From a virus: a stretch of DNA of 64,000 bases. The stretch's first letter is position 1, and each line of letters opens with the position of its first letter. The notes under the pieces were generated by a model. That model saw nothing but the letters and a program-made list of their open reading frames with translations. It was not told the DNA's origin and did no database searches. The stretch lies in IMG/VR virus record IMGVR_UViG_3300023116_000031, positions 9,823-73,822 of that record; one strand, 5' to 3'. This document shows, piece after piece, positions 53,824 through 63,855 of the stretch. The position numbers and the translations under genes were made by a program.

Positions 53824-54440
53824 TGGCTCATAAGAAAACTTCACTTGAGTTGTTATCAACTACCCCCATCATCTCTGGAATGGTAAATGCAGAACAAGTT
53901 GAATTGATTTTGGATCTTCTGGAAGAGGTTTTGGAATCTGGTATTGATGGTGATGTGGTCGAGTTGGGTTGTAATACCGGAACCACTTCTATCTTCATCA
54001 GAAAAATGCTAGATTTGTGGGAGTCTGATAAGGTGTATCACGTCTATGATTCATTTGAAGGATTGCCGGAGAAAAGTAAGCAAGATACTGGTGGTGGAAA
54101 TGCTGGAGAATGTAGAACAACTCGTGAAACATTTGAAGGTGTGTTTTCTCATTTCAATTTACATCTTCCTGTTGTTAACGAGGGGTGGTTTGCTAATATT
54201 CCAGATGATCGTTATCCAGATAAGATATGCTTTGCATTCTTTGACGGTGACTTTTATACCTCTATCATTGATAGCTTCGAAAAGACGTATCACAAACTAC
54301 AATCCGGCTGTGTTGTAGTTCTTCACGATTACGGAGCGGGGCTTCCGGGTGTTAAGGCTGCGTGTTCGGAGTTTCTTTCTGATAAGCCTGAATCTGTAAT
54401 TCAAGCAATCCCCGGTGTTGGTTATTTTATAAAGGAATAG
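53823..54440 (+). CDS. TylF/MycF-family sugar O-methyltransferase
   Basis: GDVVELG...G, YDSFEGLP, GWF, D.D.Y, HDY. Confidence 0.85.
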   Translation: MAHKKTSLELLSTTPIISGMVNAEQVELILDLLEEVLESGIDGDVVELGCNTGTTSIFIRKMLDLWESDKVYHVYDSFEGLPEKSKQDTGGGNAGECRTTRETFEGVFSHFNLHLPVVNEGWFANIPDDRYPDKICFAFFDGDFYTSIIDSFEKTYHKLQSGCVVVLHDYGAGLPGVKAACSEFLSDKPESVIQAIPGVGYFIKE

Positions 54441-54444
54441 TATA

Positions 54445-55155
54445 ATGGCTCATATTCTCTGTAAGATCCCGACGCGCACTCGTCCGCAGCAGTTCGACGC
54501 AACGCTTCGTTCGTTCGTTCAGCATCAGATTGATGCCGCCAAGGTCACATATATGATCTCGTGTGACAATGACGACGACACGATGAAGGAATATGTTGAC
54601 GCGAACAAATCTTGGCTTACCGAGATTGGTGCGAAGGTTGTTTGGGCGGATCGAGCAGGTAAGATCGGATCGGTCAATCGCGACATGGAGTATGCTCCCG
54701 AAGACTACGACATCGTGATGCAACCGGCTGATGACTTCACCTGCCAATACACTGGATGGGATCAGCGCGTCGTCGAGGAGCTTGATGCCTTCGATGACTA
54801 TGATGGTGTCGTGTGGTTCTTTGACGGATACCAGCCGAACATCGACACGCTATCAATTATGGGTCGAAAGTATTACGAGCGATTCGGATACATTTACTAT
54901 CCAGAGTATCGCACGTTCTGGGCAGACAACGAGTTCACCGAAGTCGCTGATCGTTTGGATCGTCTTGTATTCTGCGAGGAAGTCTTGTTCATCCATGAGC
55001 ATCCTGACTGGACACATTCTCGCGGATATTCTGGTGTGAATGAAGGATACGATCAGCTCTACGTTGAGAACGACAAACCCGAAGATCGCGACTGGGATGA
55101 GAAGTTGTTCCATGAACGAAAAGCAAGGAACTTTGATCTTGAAGGTATTAGCTAA
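54445..55155 (+). CDS. GT-A (GT2-like) glycosyltransferase
   Basis: PTR.RP, D.DD, ADD, GWD, IY.PEY...WADNE, H.HP. Confidence 0.75.
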   Translation: MAHILCKIPTRTRPQQFDATLRSFVQHQIDAAKVTYMISCDNDDDTMKEYVDANKSWLTEIGAKVVWADRAGKIGSVNRDMEYAPEDYDIVMQPADDFTCQYTGWDQRVVEELDAFDDYDGVVWFFDGYQPNIDTLSIMGRKYYERFGYIYYPEYRTFWADNEFTEVADRLDRLVFCEEVLFIHEHPDWTHSRGYSGVNEGYDQLYVENDKPEDRDWDEKLFHERKARNFDLEGIS

Positions 55156-55972
55156 CATCCAAGTAAAGAATGAGGCTCTGCTTTTAGAGCAGGTTCTACT
55201 TGAGTGGGACGATTATCCCATTGATCACTTCGTCTTTTATGATGATCAATCTACCGACCACACGCGCGATGTCATTCGCGAGGGGTTGGATGCGGAACGG
55301 TACACCATCCTATCGGATGATCGAGATTTCCACGAAGCACGCAATCGCTCTGCTATGCTGGAGTATTCGCGTGATCTTGCTGCTGATGTGGTCATCTCGA
55401 TTGATGCTGACGAGCTTCTGACGGAGAGTCTGCTTGACGACTTCGATGAAGTTATGAAGATGACGAAGCGGTACAAGCTCCTCACCTATCAATGGAATCT
55501 GGCTGGTGATATGAATCACTTCAGAACCGATCCTGCCTATAGATCCAACTATCGTGACTTCATCTTTCCGATGAAGCACACGGGCAAGTTCGACTTGTCG
55601 CTTGGTCAATATCACACACCACGCACGCCTCCGATTGATCTGGTTTCTCATACGATGACGGAGAGGTATGGATTCGTTCATCTTCAATCTGTAAACGTGA
55701 GGTTCTATGCGCTCAAGCAACTCTGGTATAAGACCTTTGAGTATGTCGAATATGGAAAGACTGTCGCTGAGATCAATGCTGCTTATGATCCCGTTGTCAA
55801 TGGTCTTGATCTGTGCCCTGTTGCTCTCCCTGCTGGTATTGTTCATTGGGACTCGTTTGATGCGTCTGTGTTCGATAAGATCGCAGAAGAGCGTGGATAT
55901 GTTGACTACATAGTAAAGAACAGCGTACCCGAGTTGATTACATTTGGTGAGGAGTATTTGAGATGCCTGTGA
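55133..55972 (+). CDS. GT2-family glycosyltransferase (start approximate)
   Basis: VKNE, DD.STD, RN, IDADE. Confidence 0.75.
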   Translation: MILKVLANIQVKNEALLLEQVLLEWDDYPIDHFVFYDDQSTDHTRDVIREGLDAERYTILSDDRDFHEARNRSAMLEYSRDLAADVVISIDADELLTESLLDDFDEVMKMTKRYKLLTYQWNLAGDMNHFRTDPAYRSNYRDFIFPMKHTGKFDLSLGQYHTPRTPPIDLVSHTMTERYGFVHLQSVNVRFYALKQLWYKTFEYVEYGKTVAEINAAYDPVVNGLDLCPVALPAGIVHWDSFDASVFDKIAEERGYVDYIVKNSVPELITFGEEYLRCL

Positions 55973-56343
55973 AGGTTGAAGTGTCTCTCGGTGAGTTAGT
56001 AGATAAGATCACAATCCTCACAATCAAGTCTGAACGAATCACCGACTCTGTTAATCTGGCTGCGGTGAACAGAGAACTCGATTCACTAAAGCTCACGTTG
56101 GAAGAGTATCCCGTAAGGGTCCATGAAGTGTTCGTCGAGAATCTATACAAGGTGAACAACGAGCTGTGGGACATTGAAGATCGTCTTAGGGAGTTGGAGA
56201 AGGATAAGCGATTTGATGCTGAGTTTGTGCGAAAAGCTAGGCAAGTGTATTACATGAATGACCACCGCTTTCGCTTGAAGGATCGAATCAATCAGCTTGA
56301 TCCATCAGGCTTTCGCGAAGTGAAGTCATACGAGGGTTACTAA
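55963..56343 (+). CDS. DUF6165-like protein
   Basis: VS.GEL.DKITIL.IK, L..VN..LWDIED, AR.VY..ND.R, EVKSY. Confidence 0.8.
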   Translation: MPVKVEVSLGELVDKITILTIKSERITDSVNLAAVNRELDSLKLTLEEYPVRVHEVFVENLYKVNNELWDIEDRLRELEKDKRFDAEFVRKARQVYYMNDHRFRLKDRINQLDPSGFREVKSYEGY

Positions 56344-57056
56344 TGGAGAAGGTACTAATGATTCAGCCCGGTGCTTTCGGGGATATTATCATTTGCGCTC
56401 CGATTGCTAAATGGTATGCTGACGCTGGATATGATGTATATTGGCCAGCGCGAGAGAAGTTTCTTCATAAGATGATTGAACCGTTGGGATACGTTCATCC
56501 TATTCTGCTTGACGAGCGAGTGCTTCACGAGGACTGGCTGCGATCTGATGTGATTAAGTGTCTGGAGATCGCTGGCCAGTATGATTACGTTTTGAACCTT
56601 GCGGATCGTGGTCCGCATCCTACTGCGGAATTGCCTGGTGAGGGATTTGAAAAAGCAAAGTACCGTATTGCTAATGTTCCATTTGAGGAAAAATATACGT
56701 TCATGTGGAATCGCGATCATGTAAAAGAAAATTATGTGTACGATCTGTATGTGAATTTACCAGGGCACGAGAAGTATGCCTTCGTACACAATACATCGTC
56801 TGACCTAAAAATTGTTGATCTACCCAACATTGATCTTCCCGTCGTGATCTGTGAGGACTTTAACCCAGACTACAACATCTATGATTGGTGGAAGGTGATC
56901 GCGAACGCGGAAGAGATTTACGTCACGGAAAGTTCGATCTGGGCATTTTGTGATGGTATTTTGGACGATATTACAGAGAACCGATACATTATTGATAGGG
57001 ATATGCGAGGATGCAATACGGTATCGTCGCATTGGAGGAGATTGACCAGTGAGTAG
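56343..57056 (+). CDS. GT-B glycosyltransferase-like protein (GT9-like N-terminus)
   Basis: IQPGAFGDIII..P; FVH; I.DW..VI.NA.EI...ESS. Confidence 0.6.
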   Translation: MEKVLMIQPGAFGDIIICAPIAKWYADAGYDVYWPAREKFLHKMIEPLGYVHPILLDERVLHEDWLRSDVIKCLEIAGQYDYVLNLADRGPHPTAELPGEGFEKAKYRIANVPFEEKYTFMWNRDHVKENYVYDLYVNLPGHEKYAFVHNTSSDLKIVDLPNIDLPVVICEDFNPDYNIYDWWKVIANAEEIYVTESSIWAFCDGILDDITENRYIIDRDMRGCNTVSSHWRRLTSE

Positions 57057-58311
57057 TGAACGAACGACGTGCCGAATTAGCGGAGAAGACCTGATTCCGC
57101 TTTTCTCTTTGGGGGACATCTATGTTTCTGATTTCTTGAAGCCCGATGAAGAGCCCGACCCAAACTCTAAAGTTCCTCTCTCTCTTGCTTTGGCTCCGAC
57201 ATCTGGGCTTGTTCAGTTGACGCATACTGCTGACTTTGATGCTATGTATAGGCGATATTGGTATCATTCTGGGCTGAATGCTTCGATGATCCGACAACTC
57301 GGAGACATTGTGGATTGTGTGTTCGATCGTGTTGATGTTGGTCCCGGTGACCTATGGGTCGATGTGGGGTGCAATGACGGAACACTTATGAGGCACGTCA
57401 AGGAAGGCTGCCGCGATGTCTTCTGTATTGGGGTAGATCCAGCCACCAACAATTGCGAGGCAGCAAAGGATGTGTGTGACGTGGTGGTCAATGACTACTT
57501 TTCTCGATCTGGTCCGCTCAAGAATTACTCGAATGTCAAGGTTATTACATCAATTGCGATGTTCTATGACCTTGAAGATCCCAATTCCTTCTGTGCTGAT
57601 GTGTACGACACTTTAGCTGATGATGGTGTTTGGGTGATTCAGTTGAGTTATCTTCCGTTGATGATTCGACAGATGGCATTTGATAACATCTGCCACGAGC
57701 ATCTTGAATACTATTCACTTGAATGTATCTCGGATCTGCTTCAGCGAAATGGATTCTACGTCACTGAAGCATCACTGAACGATACTAATGGTGGAAGCAT
57801 TCGAGTGTATGCGCGGAAGAAGGGAGCAAATGAAGAATCTTATGCTAGTGCGCCTCACCGTGATGTAGCACAGTATCAGATCAATGCACTTCTTGATCAC
57901 GAAGAGTCGTTGCTTTTGAAGTCGCCCACCACGCATTTCAAGTTCTTTGATGAGATTGAAAGTCTTAAACAGCAAACTGTAGATTTCGTTCGGAATGCCA
58001 AGAGTGATGGTAAAACTGTGTGGGCATATGGAGCGAGCACAAAGGGGAACACCCTACTTCAATACTTCGGTCTGACCAATGAAGATATTGGAGCAATTGC
58101 AGAGGTATCTCAGCCTAAGTTTGGACTCAAGACCGTTGGTACGAACATTCCGATCGTCAGTGAAGCTGAAATGCGTAAGGCGAATCCTGACTATATGCTG
58201 ATGCTGCCTTGGCACTTTGTTTCTGGATTCGTGAAACGAGAAGAAGAATATCTTGCTAATGGTGGAAAGTTCATCGTCCCTTGCCCAAATTTCAAGATCA
58301 TCGGAGGATAA
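57049..58311 (+). CDS. NDP-sugar C3-methyltransferase (TylCIII/NovU-like)
   Basis: CRISG, LVQL, D.G.NDG, D.I.HEH..Y, GGS.R, YGA.TKGN.LL, LPW.F. Confidence 0.88.
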   Translation: MSSERTTCRISGEDLIPLFSLGDIYVSDFLKPDEEPDPNSKVPLSLALAPTSGLVQLTHTADFDAMYRRYWYHSGLNASMIRQLGDIVDCVFDRVDVGPGDLWVDVGCNDGTLMRHVKEGCRDVFCIGVDPATNNCEAAKDVCDVVVNDYFSRSGPLKNYSNVKVITSIAMFYDLEDPNSFCADVYDTLADDGVWVIQLSYLPLMIRQMAFDNICHEHLEYYSLECISDLLQRNGFYVTEASLNDTNGGSIRVYARKKGANEESYASAPHRDVAQYQINALLDHEESLLLKSPTTHFKFFDEIESLKQQTVDFVRNAKSDGKTVWAYGASTKGNTLLQYFGLTNEDIGAIAEVSQPKFGLKTVGTNIPIVSEAEMRKANPDYMLMLPWHFVSGFVKREEEYLANGGKFIVPCPNFKIIGG

Positions 58312-58312
58312 A

Positions 58313-59251
58313 ATGAATATTGCTATGATCAATACTGTGCAGCCTAATTGTGGGGTGTATCAGTATGGTCTGAGGGTGAAGCAGAATCTAGGCGATTTGA
58401 TCACGTCGTACCACGAAATTGAGACGATGGGTGACTACACCGCTTTAGACTTGAGTGATGCCGAACTCGTTTTGTTCAACTATATTCGAACAGGAGCCCC
58501 GGACGGTCCTTTGGCGTGGCTTGATGATTGGCATTTAGCTCGTCTCCGAATGCAGGGAAAGATTCCGTGTCAACTTTATCACGCTTTTCCTACTCTTCAA
58601 TTCGACTACTACTTTCACCAGAGTCCGATTTGGAACAACACGGATAAGGTATTCTCTCTTCCGCGACCCCTTCCCGAGCCCGCAACGAGCGATCCAGAGA
58701 TGCCGGATGTTCCTGTTGTCGGAAGTTTTGGTTTAGCTAATGATGATAAGAATTTTCCAAAGATCATCCGTCTTGTGTCTGACCAGTTTGCGAAAGCAAA
58801 GGTAAGAATTAATTTCACAAATGGATATTATGGTGATGCGAGTGGTGAAACGGCAAAGAGAATCCATGATGAGTGTGTGTCCACTACCATTCATTCGGGA
58901 ATTGAGCTAGAGATTACTAATCGATTTCTACCTGAGTCTCAAATGGTTGAGTTTTTGCGCGGAAATGATCTTAACGTGTTTATGTATTACCACGATGGAT
59001 TTGGTGGAATCTCCAGCGTGATTGACTATGCGATTGCGGCTAGACGCCCATTTGCCATTGGTACTAGTAATATGTTCGACCACATATATCGCGATGAAAT
59101 TTGTTTAGACCGTACCACCCTTCCTAACATCATTGAGTATGGGTCTAAATACGTTGATGAGCTAGTTGATAGATATTCTCCAGATGCGATGCGATCTGCT
59201 TTCTCCGACGCATTGAGAATCATTGAAAGGAATCGATATGCGACTAACTGA
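58313..59251 (+). CDS. GT-B-like glycosyltransferase
   Basis: CGV..YG, GSFG....K.F, GISS..D.A.A..RP. Confidence 0.6.
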   Translation: MNIAMINTVQPNCGVYQYGLRVKQNLGDLITSYHEIETMGDYTALDLSDAELVLFNYIRTGAPDGPLAWLDDWHLARLRMQGKIPCQLYHAFPTLQFDYYFHQSPIWNNTDKVFSLPRPLPEPATSDPEMPDVPVVGSFGLANDDKNFPKIIRLVSDQFAKAKVRINFTNGYYGDASGETAKRIHDECVSTTIHSGIELEITNRFLPESQMVEFLRGNDLNVFMYYHDGFGGISSVIDYAIAARRPFAIGTSNMFDHIYRDEICLDRTTLPNIIEYGSKYVDELVDRYSPDAMRSAFSDALRIIERNRYATN

Positions 59252-59780
59252 ATCATACAGCCAGGCTGGGCAGGATTTTGCTGCCGCCGAAGTTTGCAAC
59301 AAGCGAAATGGATTCTTTTTGGACTTGGGGTGCAATGATCCAGTATTCCACAATAACACCTATGCGTTAGAGTTGGAATTGGACTGGACTGGTATTCTGT
59401 TGGACATCAATGGTCCGTTGATCAAGAAGTGTATGGAGCAGAGATCACCAGATAATAAATACCTAACGGTGGATCTGATTCACACAAATATCAATGATGT
59501 GCTCGATCAGCTTTCTTGTCCGAATTGGATTGATTACATTTCATTTGATGTGGATGCCGCTACTCCTACGGTACTTGATCAGATTGATCTTAGTCTGTAT
59601 CAGTTTGGGTTTATGACGTTTGAGCACGATTCATATCGTCTAGGTTCTGATCTCAAAATCCGAATGACGGAAAAGGCTTTGGAGTATGGTTATATAATGT
59701 ATAGGGAAGATGTCCCTGCTGATCAGGGAGAAATTTTTGAAGATTGGTGGATTCATCCATCTGTTCAGGCGGTGTTGTAA
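59238..59780 (+). CDS. FkbM-like SAM methyltransferase
   Basis: YSQAGQD, F.D.G....NNTY.LE, W.G, IDY.S.D.D, .FEH. Confidence 0.75.
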   Translation: MRLTESYSQAGQDFAAAEVCNKRNGFFLDLGCNDPVFHNNTYALELELDWTGILLDINGPLIKKCMEQRSPDNKYLTVDLIHTNINDVLDQLSCPNWIDYISFDVDAATPTVLDQIDLSLYQFGFMTFEHDSYRLGSDLKIRMTEKALEYGYIMYREDVPADQGEIFEDWWIHPSVQAVL

Positions 59781-59781
59781 T

Positions 59782-60753
59782 ATGAGTAGACGGGCGTTTA
59801 TCACTGGAATAACTGGACAAGATGGTAGTTACCTAGCTGAACATCTTTTGGATACAGGGTATGAAGTTTTTGGTATGATCCGAAGACACTCGGACACCAC
59901 TGTGCAATGTTCACGAATCAATCATCTTTTAGAAAATGATTTGGTCACGCTTGAGTATGGGGACTTGCTTGACTATACTAGTATGGAAGAGATGATTGGT
60001 GACATTCAGCCTACTCATATCTACAATCTAGCCGCACAAAGTCATGTGCAAGTTAGCACCAATCTTCCACAGTATACCATTGAGGTTAATGTTCTGGGAT
60101 TGGTGAATATGCTTGAATCGACGAAGCGCGCCGCGCCGAACGCGCGATTCTATCAGGCTTCGTCTTCTGAAATGTTTGGTAACGTAGTAGATTCGGATGG
60201 ATTTCAGAGGGAGAGTACCAAGATGGTTCCCGTGAGTCCATATGGATGCGCGAAACTCTTTGGGCACAATTACGTTCGGCACTACAGAGAAGCGTTTGAT
60301 ATGTTCGCTGTCAGTGGAATTCTGTTCAACCACGAATCCCCTCGTCGTGGATTGAATTTTGTGACAAACAAGCTAGTCAAGGCTGCTGTGGATGTGAGCC
60401 AAGGAAAAATTGATAGCGTTTCCCTCGGTAATCTGGATGCCCAGCGGGATTGGGGGCACGCTGAAGATTACATTCGTGCTATGTCATTGATCATCAATGC
60501 TGATGAACCAAAAGACTATGTTGTGTCTTCTGGTGAGACTCATAGTGTCCGAGAGGTCGGTGAGTATGTGTTCGACAAGATGGGACTAGATTTCAACAAG
60601 CACTATACGGTTGATCCTAAGTACCTTCGCGCAGAGGAACTTCATCGATTGCGAGGAGACTCGACTAGGATTCGCGAAGAGTTGGGATGGTCCCCAACGT
60701 ATAACTTTCATACTATGCTAGATGATATGATTGATTATTGGAATGAACAGTGA
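59782..60753 (+). CDS. gmd: GDP-mannose 4,6-dehydratase
   Basis: ITGITGQDGSYLAE, NLAAQSHV, QASSSE, SPY..AK, LFNHESPRR, LGNLDA.RDWGHA. Confidence 0.93.
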   Translation: MSRRAFITGITGQDGSYLAEHLLDTGYEVFGMIRRHSDTTVQCSRINHLLENDLVTLEYGDLLDYTSMEEMIGDIQPTHIYNLAAQSHVQVSTNLPQYTIEVNVLGLVNMLESTKRAAPNARFYQASSSEMFGNVVDSDGFQRESTKMVPVSPYGCAKLFGHNYVRHYREAFDMFAVSGILFNHESPRRGLNFVTNKLVKAAVDVSQGKIDSVSLGNLDAQRDWGHAEDYIRAMSLIINADEPKDYVVSSGETHSVREVGEYVFDKMGLDFNKHYTVDPKYLRAEELHRLRGDSTRIREELGWSPTYNFHTMLDDMIDYWNEQ

Positions 60754-60766
60754 AAGGCGATTGACA

Positions 60767-61765
60767 ATGAGTGAAGAAAAGACGATTCTGGTTTGTGGAG
60801 CGGGTGGTTTCATCGGAAACCATATGGTAAATCGTCTGGTTGATGATGGTCATGGTGTGATTGGTGTAGACATCAATCTTCCCGCATATGAGGATACTCG
60901 CGCAGAAGACTTCTTCCAGTGGGATCTTCGCGATCCCGAGAACGTGCGAAACATCTTTACTGAGTATGATTTCGATGAGGTGTATCAGTTCGCTGCCGAC
61001 ATGGGTGGTGCTGGGTATATCTTCACAGGCGAGCACGACGCAGACGTGATGCACAACAGCGCACTCGTGAACCTCAACATTGTTCGTGAGTGTGTCAAGA
61101 ATGAGGTCGAGCGTGTGTTCTACTCGTCGTCTGCATGTATCTATCCAGAGCATAATCAGCTCGATCCCAATAACCCAAACTGCGTCGAGGACTCTGCGTA
61201 CCCTGCGAATCCCGATAGTGAGTATGGATGGGAGAAGCTGTTCAGCGAGCGTCTTTATGAATCGTTCAGTCGTAACTATGGGCTGACCACACGCATCTGT
61301 CGATACCACAACATCTTCGGTCCTATGGGAACATGGGATGGTGGTCGCGAGAAGGCTCCCGCTGCGATGTGTCGTAAGGTTGCTGAAGCGAAGGACGGTG
61401 ATCAGATTGAAGTATGGGGACCGGGAGATCAGACTCGCTCGTTCCTCTACATCGACGATTGTATTCAAGCATCTTTGGATCTGATGGCAACTGAAGAGGA
61501 GTATTACTTCGGTCCCACGAACATCGGATCGGAAGAGATGGTCAGCATCAATCAGCTCGCACAGATGGCAATCGACATCTCCGGTAAGAACTTGTCTATT
61601 TGGAACAACCTCGATAATACTGCTCTGGGTGTGCGTGGACGCAACTCCGAGAACTCGCAGCTTCTATCTTCGATTGGGTGGAAGCCTATTCGCCCGTTGC
61701 GTGAGGGAATAGAACATACATACAAGTGGATTGCCGAGCAGGTCGCGAAGGGGGAAGAGGAGTGA
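60767..61765 (+). CDS. GDP-mannose 3,5-epimerase-like extended SDR
   Basis: GAGGFIG, FAADMGG.G, YSSSAC.YP, YG.EK, GGREKAPAA.CRK. Confidence 0.85.
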   Translation: MSEEKTILVCGAGGFIGNHMVNRLVDDGHGVIGVDINLPAYEDTRAEDFFQWDLRDPENVRNIFTEYDFDEVYQFAADMGGAGYIFTGEHDADVMHNSALVNLNIVRECVKNEVERVFYSSSACIYPEHNQLDPNNPNCVEDSAYPANPDSEYGWEKLFSERLYESFSRNYGLTTRICRYHNIFGPMGTWDGGREKAPAAMCRKVAEAKDGDQIEVWGPGDQTRSFLYIDDCIQASLDLMATEEEYYFGPTNIGSEEMVSINQLAQMAIDISGKNLSIWNNLDNTALGVRGRNSENSQLLSSIGWKPIRPLREGIEHTYKWIAEQVAKGEEE

Positions 61766-62676
61766 AGTTTTTGATTGCTCCTCTATGTTCTGATTTGACC
61801 AGACCGTTAGAGGTTACACGATGTGTGAATAGTATTCGCGACCAAGAAGAGCATCCATTTGAGTGGGATGTGAAGGTCGTTTGTAATACAAATGATGACG
61901 CTTATCATAAAACGATTGATGATATAATACCAGAGCATGAAGTCGTTCGCACGGAAAGCAATGGCGGAAATGGAATGGGGCACAATAGCGTCCTTCAGTT
62001 GTTTCGCGATCGTTACCGTGATGAAGGATACACACATCTGATTATGATCGACGCAGACGATTTGTTGTATCCTTGCGCGTTCGAGGTAATCAGCGATATT
62101 CTGATGCTTGCTCCCGAAACAGATTATTGTGGAGTCGGATCAAACGCAGACAGCGTGCGTCGGGGGCCGAGCGGAAATCCGAATGGAAGTATGGAACTGA
62201 TCCCCGGAATACATCTACATAGTAACTTCAACTGGAAATACCCTGTTCCGACGTATCCCATTTATGCGGGGATCGAAAACGGGTGCCCCGGTGGAGAAGT
62301 AACTCTGTTCGTATCCGCAAACGCTGTTGAGCGCGATCTTCATCATCTCGAATATCCCATGATACCTGATGACTTTACCCACATGCTCTGGGGCATCAAG
62401 CATCATCTTTTGGGTAATCTTCAGTATGTCAGCACAGACACGACTGATATATACGTTTATGACAAGACGAATTCCGTAGGTACAACAAATCAACCGGAGT
62501 TTAAGTTTGACCCAAAACAATGGCCAGCAGAAGCGGTAGATTATGTTCGAGATAACTTCAGCGACATTGTAGGGGTAACCAGAGCGCATTTGCCATTTCT
62601 AACATTGCCGCCAGTATTGTTCCCCGGCGAAAAGTGTGATTTCGTTCGCGACCAGTTACTTTTCTTCGACGAGTGA
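61762..62676 (+). CDS. GT-A-like glycosyltransferase
   Basis: R...SI, ESNG..G.G.NS, IDADD. Confidence 0.65.
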   Translation: MKFLIAPLCSDLTRPLEVTRCVNSIRDQEEHPFEWDVKVVCNTNDDAYHKTIDDIIPEHEVVRTESNGGNGMGHNSVLQLFRDRYRDEGYTHLIMIDADDLLYPCAFEVISDILMLAPETDYCGVGSNADSVRRGPSGNPNGSMELIPGIHLHSNFNWKYPVPTYPIYAGIENGCPGGEVTLFVSANAVERDLHHLEYPMIPDDFTHMLWGIKHHLLGNLQYVSTDTTDIYVYDKTNSVGTTNQPEFKFDPKQWPAEAVDYVRDNFSDIVGVTRAHLPFLTLPPVLFPGEKCDFVRDQLLFFDE

Positions 62677-62677
62677 C

Positions 62678-62705
62678 TTGACAGTCCTCATTCGGGGATT
62701 ATCTT
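62678..62705 (+). promoter_or_regulatory. Sigma70-type promoter
   Basis: TTGACA-N16-TATCTT. Confidence 0.6.
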
Positions 62706-62733
62706 ATAGTCAAATCACGAGAAGGAGTGTCCC

Positions 62734-63855
62734 TTGGCACGCAAAAAGATTACCGCTCCGGTCATCGACGATTGGAGCAATCTTACCGAAGTCGATCGCG
62801 TAGAAGCGATCAAGAACCATCCCCGTTGGTATCAAGAAAACATTGCCACTCCTAAACTTCGGCAATCATTCTTTGACTTTGCCAAAGCCCATCTGAGTGA
62901 AGATGACTTTACTCTCGTGCGAGCAGGCACTCCGTTCATCACAGACTTGGATGGTGCGCTCGCGCGTTGTATCGAAGATGGCTATGATCACGGGCCTTAC
63001 GTTCGGCGACTGCTGACCAAGCGCATTCCCCAGATCATTTCTCTCGTTCAAGAAAAGCAGAAGGAAAAAGCTGAGCTTGATGAGATCCTTGGGCGTATTC
63101 CGTCGAACATCACGGTCAAGACTCTGAGCATTCAGGAACGCATCGCTGACCAGACGCGATACATCATCGGGCACCTTGAAGCAGAGATTGACACCTTTCT
63201 AGCCGACAAATGTAAAAAGAGCAAGCTCGATGCCAAGAAGTTTCTCGTTCACCATGATGTCAAAGTGCCTCAGGCTAAACTGATTATTGAGTTCCTTGAT
63301 ACTAATATGGCTGAGATCAAGGAGTTGCTGGAACGCAAAGACGATCAGCTTACCGAAGCATATTCACATCTTACCAAATCGCAGCAGAAAAAGTTTTATG
63401 ACTTCCTTTCTTCTCTGAAGTATGCTACACTACAGAGGATTGATTCAGTCAAGCAAACGCGCAAGCCGCGCAAGCGAAAGGCAAAGACTCCGCAGCAGCT
63501 TGTGGCTAACTTGAAGTATCTCGACAAGAGTGAAGATGGCAAGCTGACTTCGATTGATCCTGCGAACATCGTTGGTGCGACGCAGTTGTGGTTGTACGAT
63601 ACCAAGACTCGTTTCCTGTTCCACTATCAGGCTCATATCGGACTCTCTGTTAAGGGATCAACACTTCAGGATTTTGATCCTGATGTATCTACCAGCAAGA
63701 AGGTGCGCGAGCAGTATACTGATGGTGTTATCGCTGACGTTCTGTCTGGCGGAAAGGTTAAGCTGCGACGTATCATGCCGAACATCAACGCAAAGGATAA
63801 AGAAGTGACCGGTCGAATCAACAAAAATCAAATCATCCTGAGAGCAATCAAGTGA
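62734..63855 (+). CDS. Conserved T4-like phage protein of unknown function
   Basis: C-terminal SI.P..I.GA..LW.Y.TK.R...GLSVKG.T...FD...GRIN...I.L recalled from T4-like genomes. Confidence 0.75.
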   Translation: MARKKITAPVIDDWSNLTEVDRVEAIKNHPRWYQENIATPKLRQSFFDFAKAHLSEDDFTLVRAGTPFITDLDGALARCIEDGYDHGPYVRRLLTKRIPQIISLVQEKQKEKAELDEILGRIPSNITVKTLSIQERIADQTRYIIGHLEAEIDTFLADKCKKSKLDAKKFLVHHDVKVPQAKLIIEFLDTNMAEIKELLERKDDQLTEAYSHLTKSQQKKFYDFLSSLKYATLQRIDSVKQTRKPRKRKAKTPQQLVANLKYLDKSEDGKLTSIDPANIVGATQLWLYDTKTRFLFHYQAHIGLSVKGSTLQDFDPDVSTSKKVREQYTDGVIADVLSGGKVKLRRIMPNINAKDKEVTGRINKNQIILRAIK

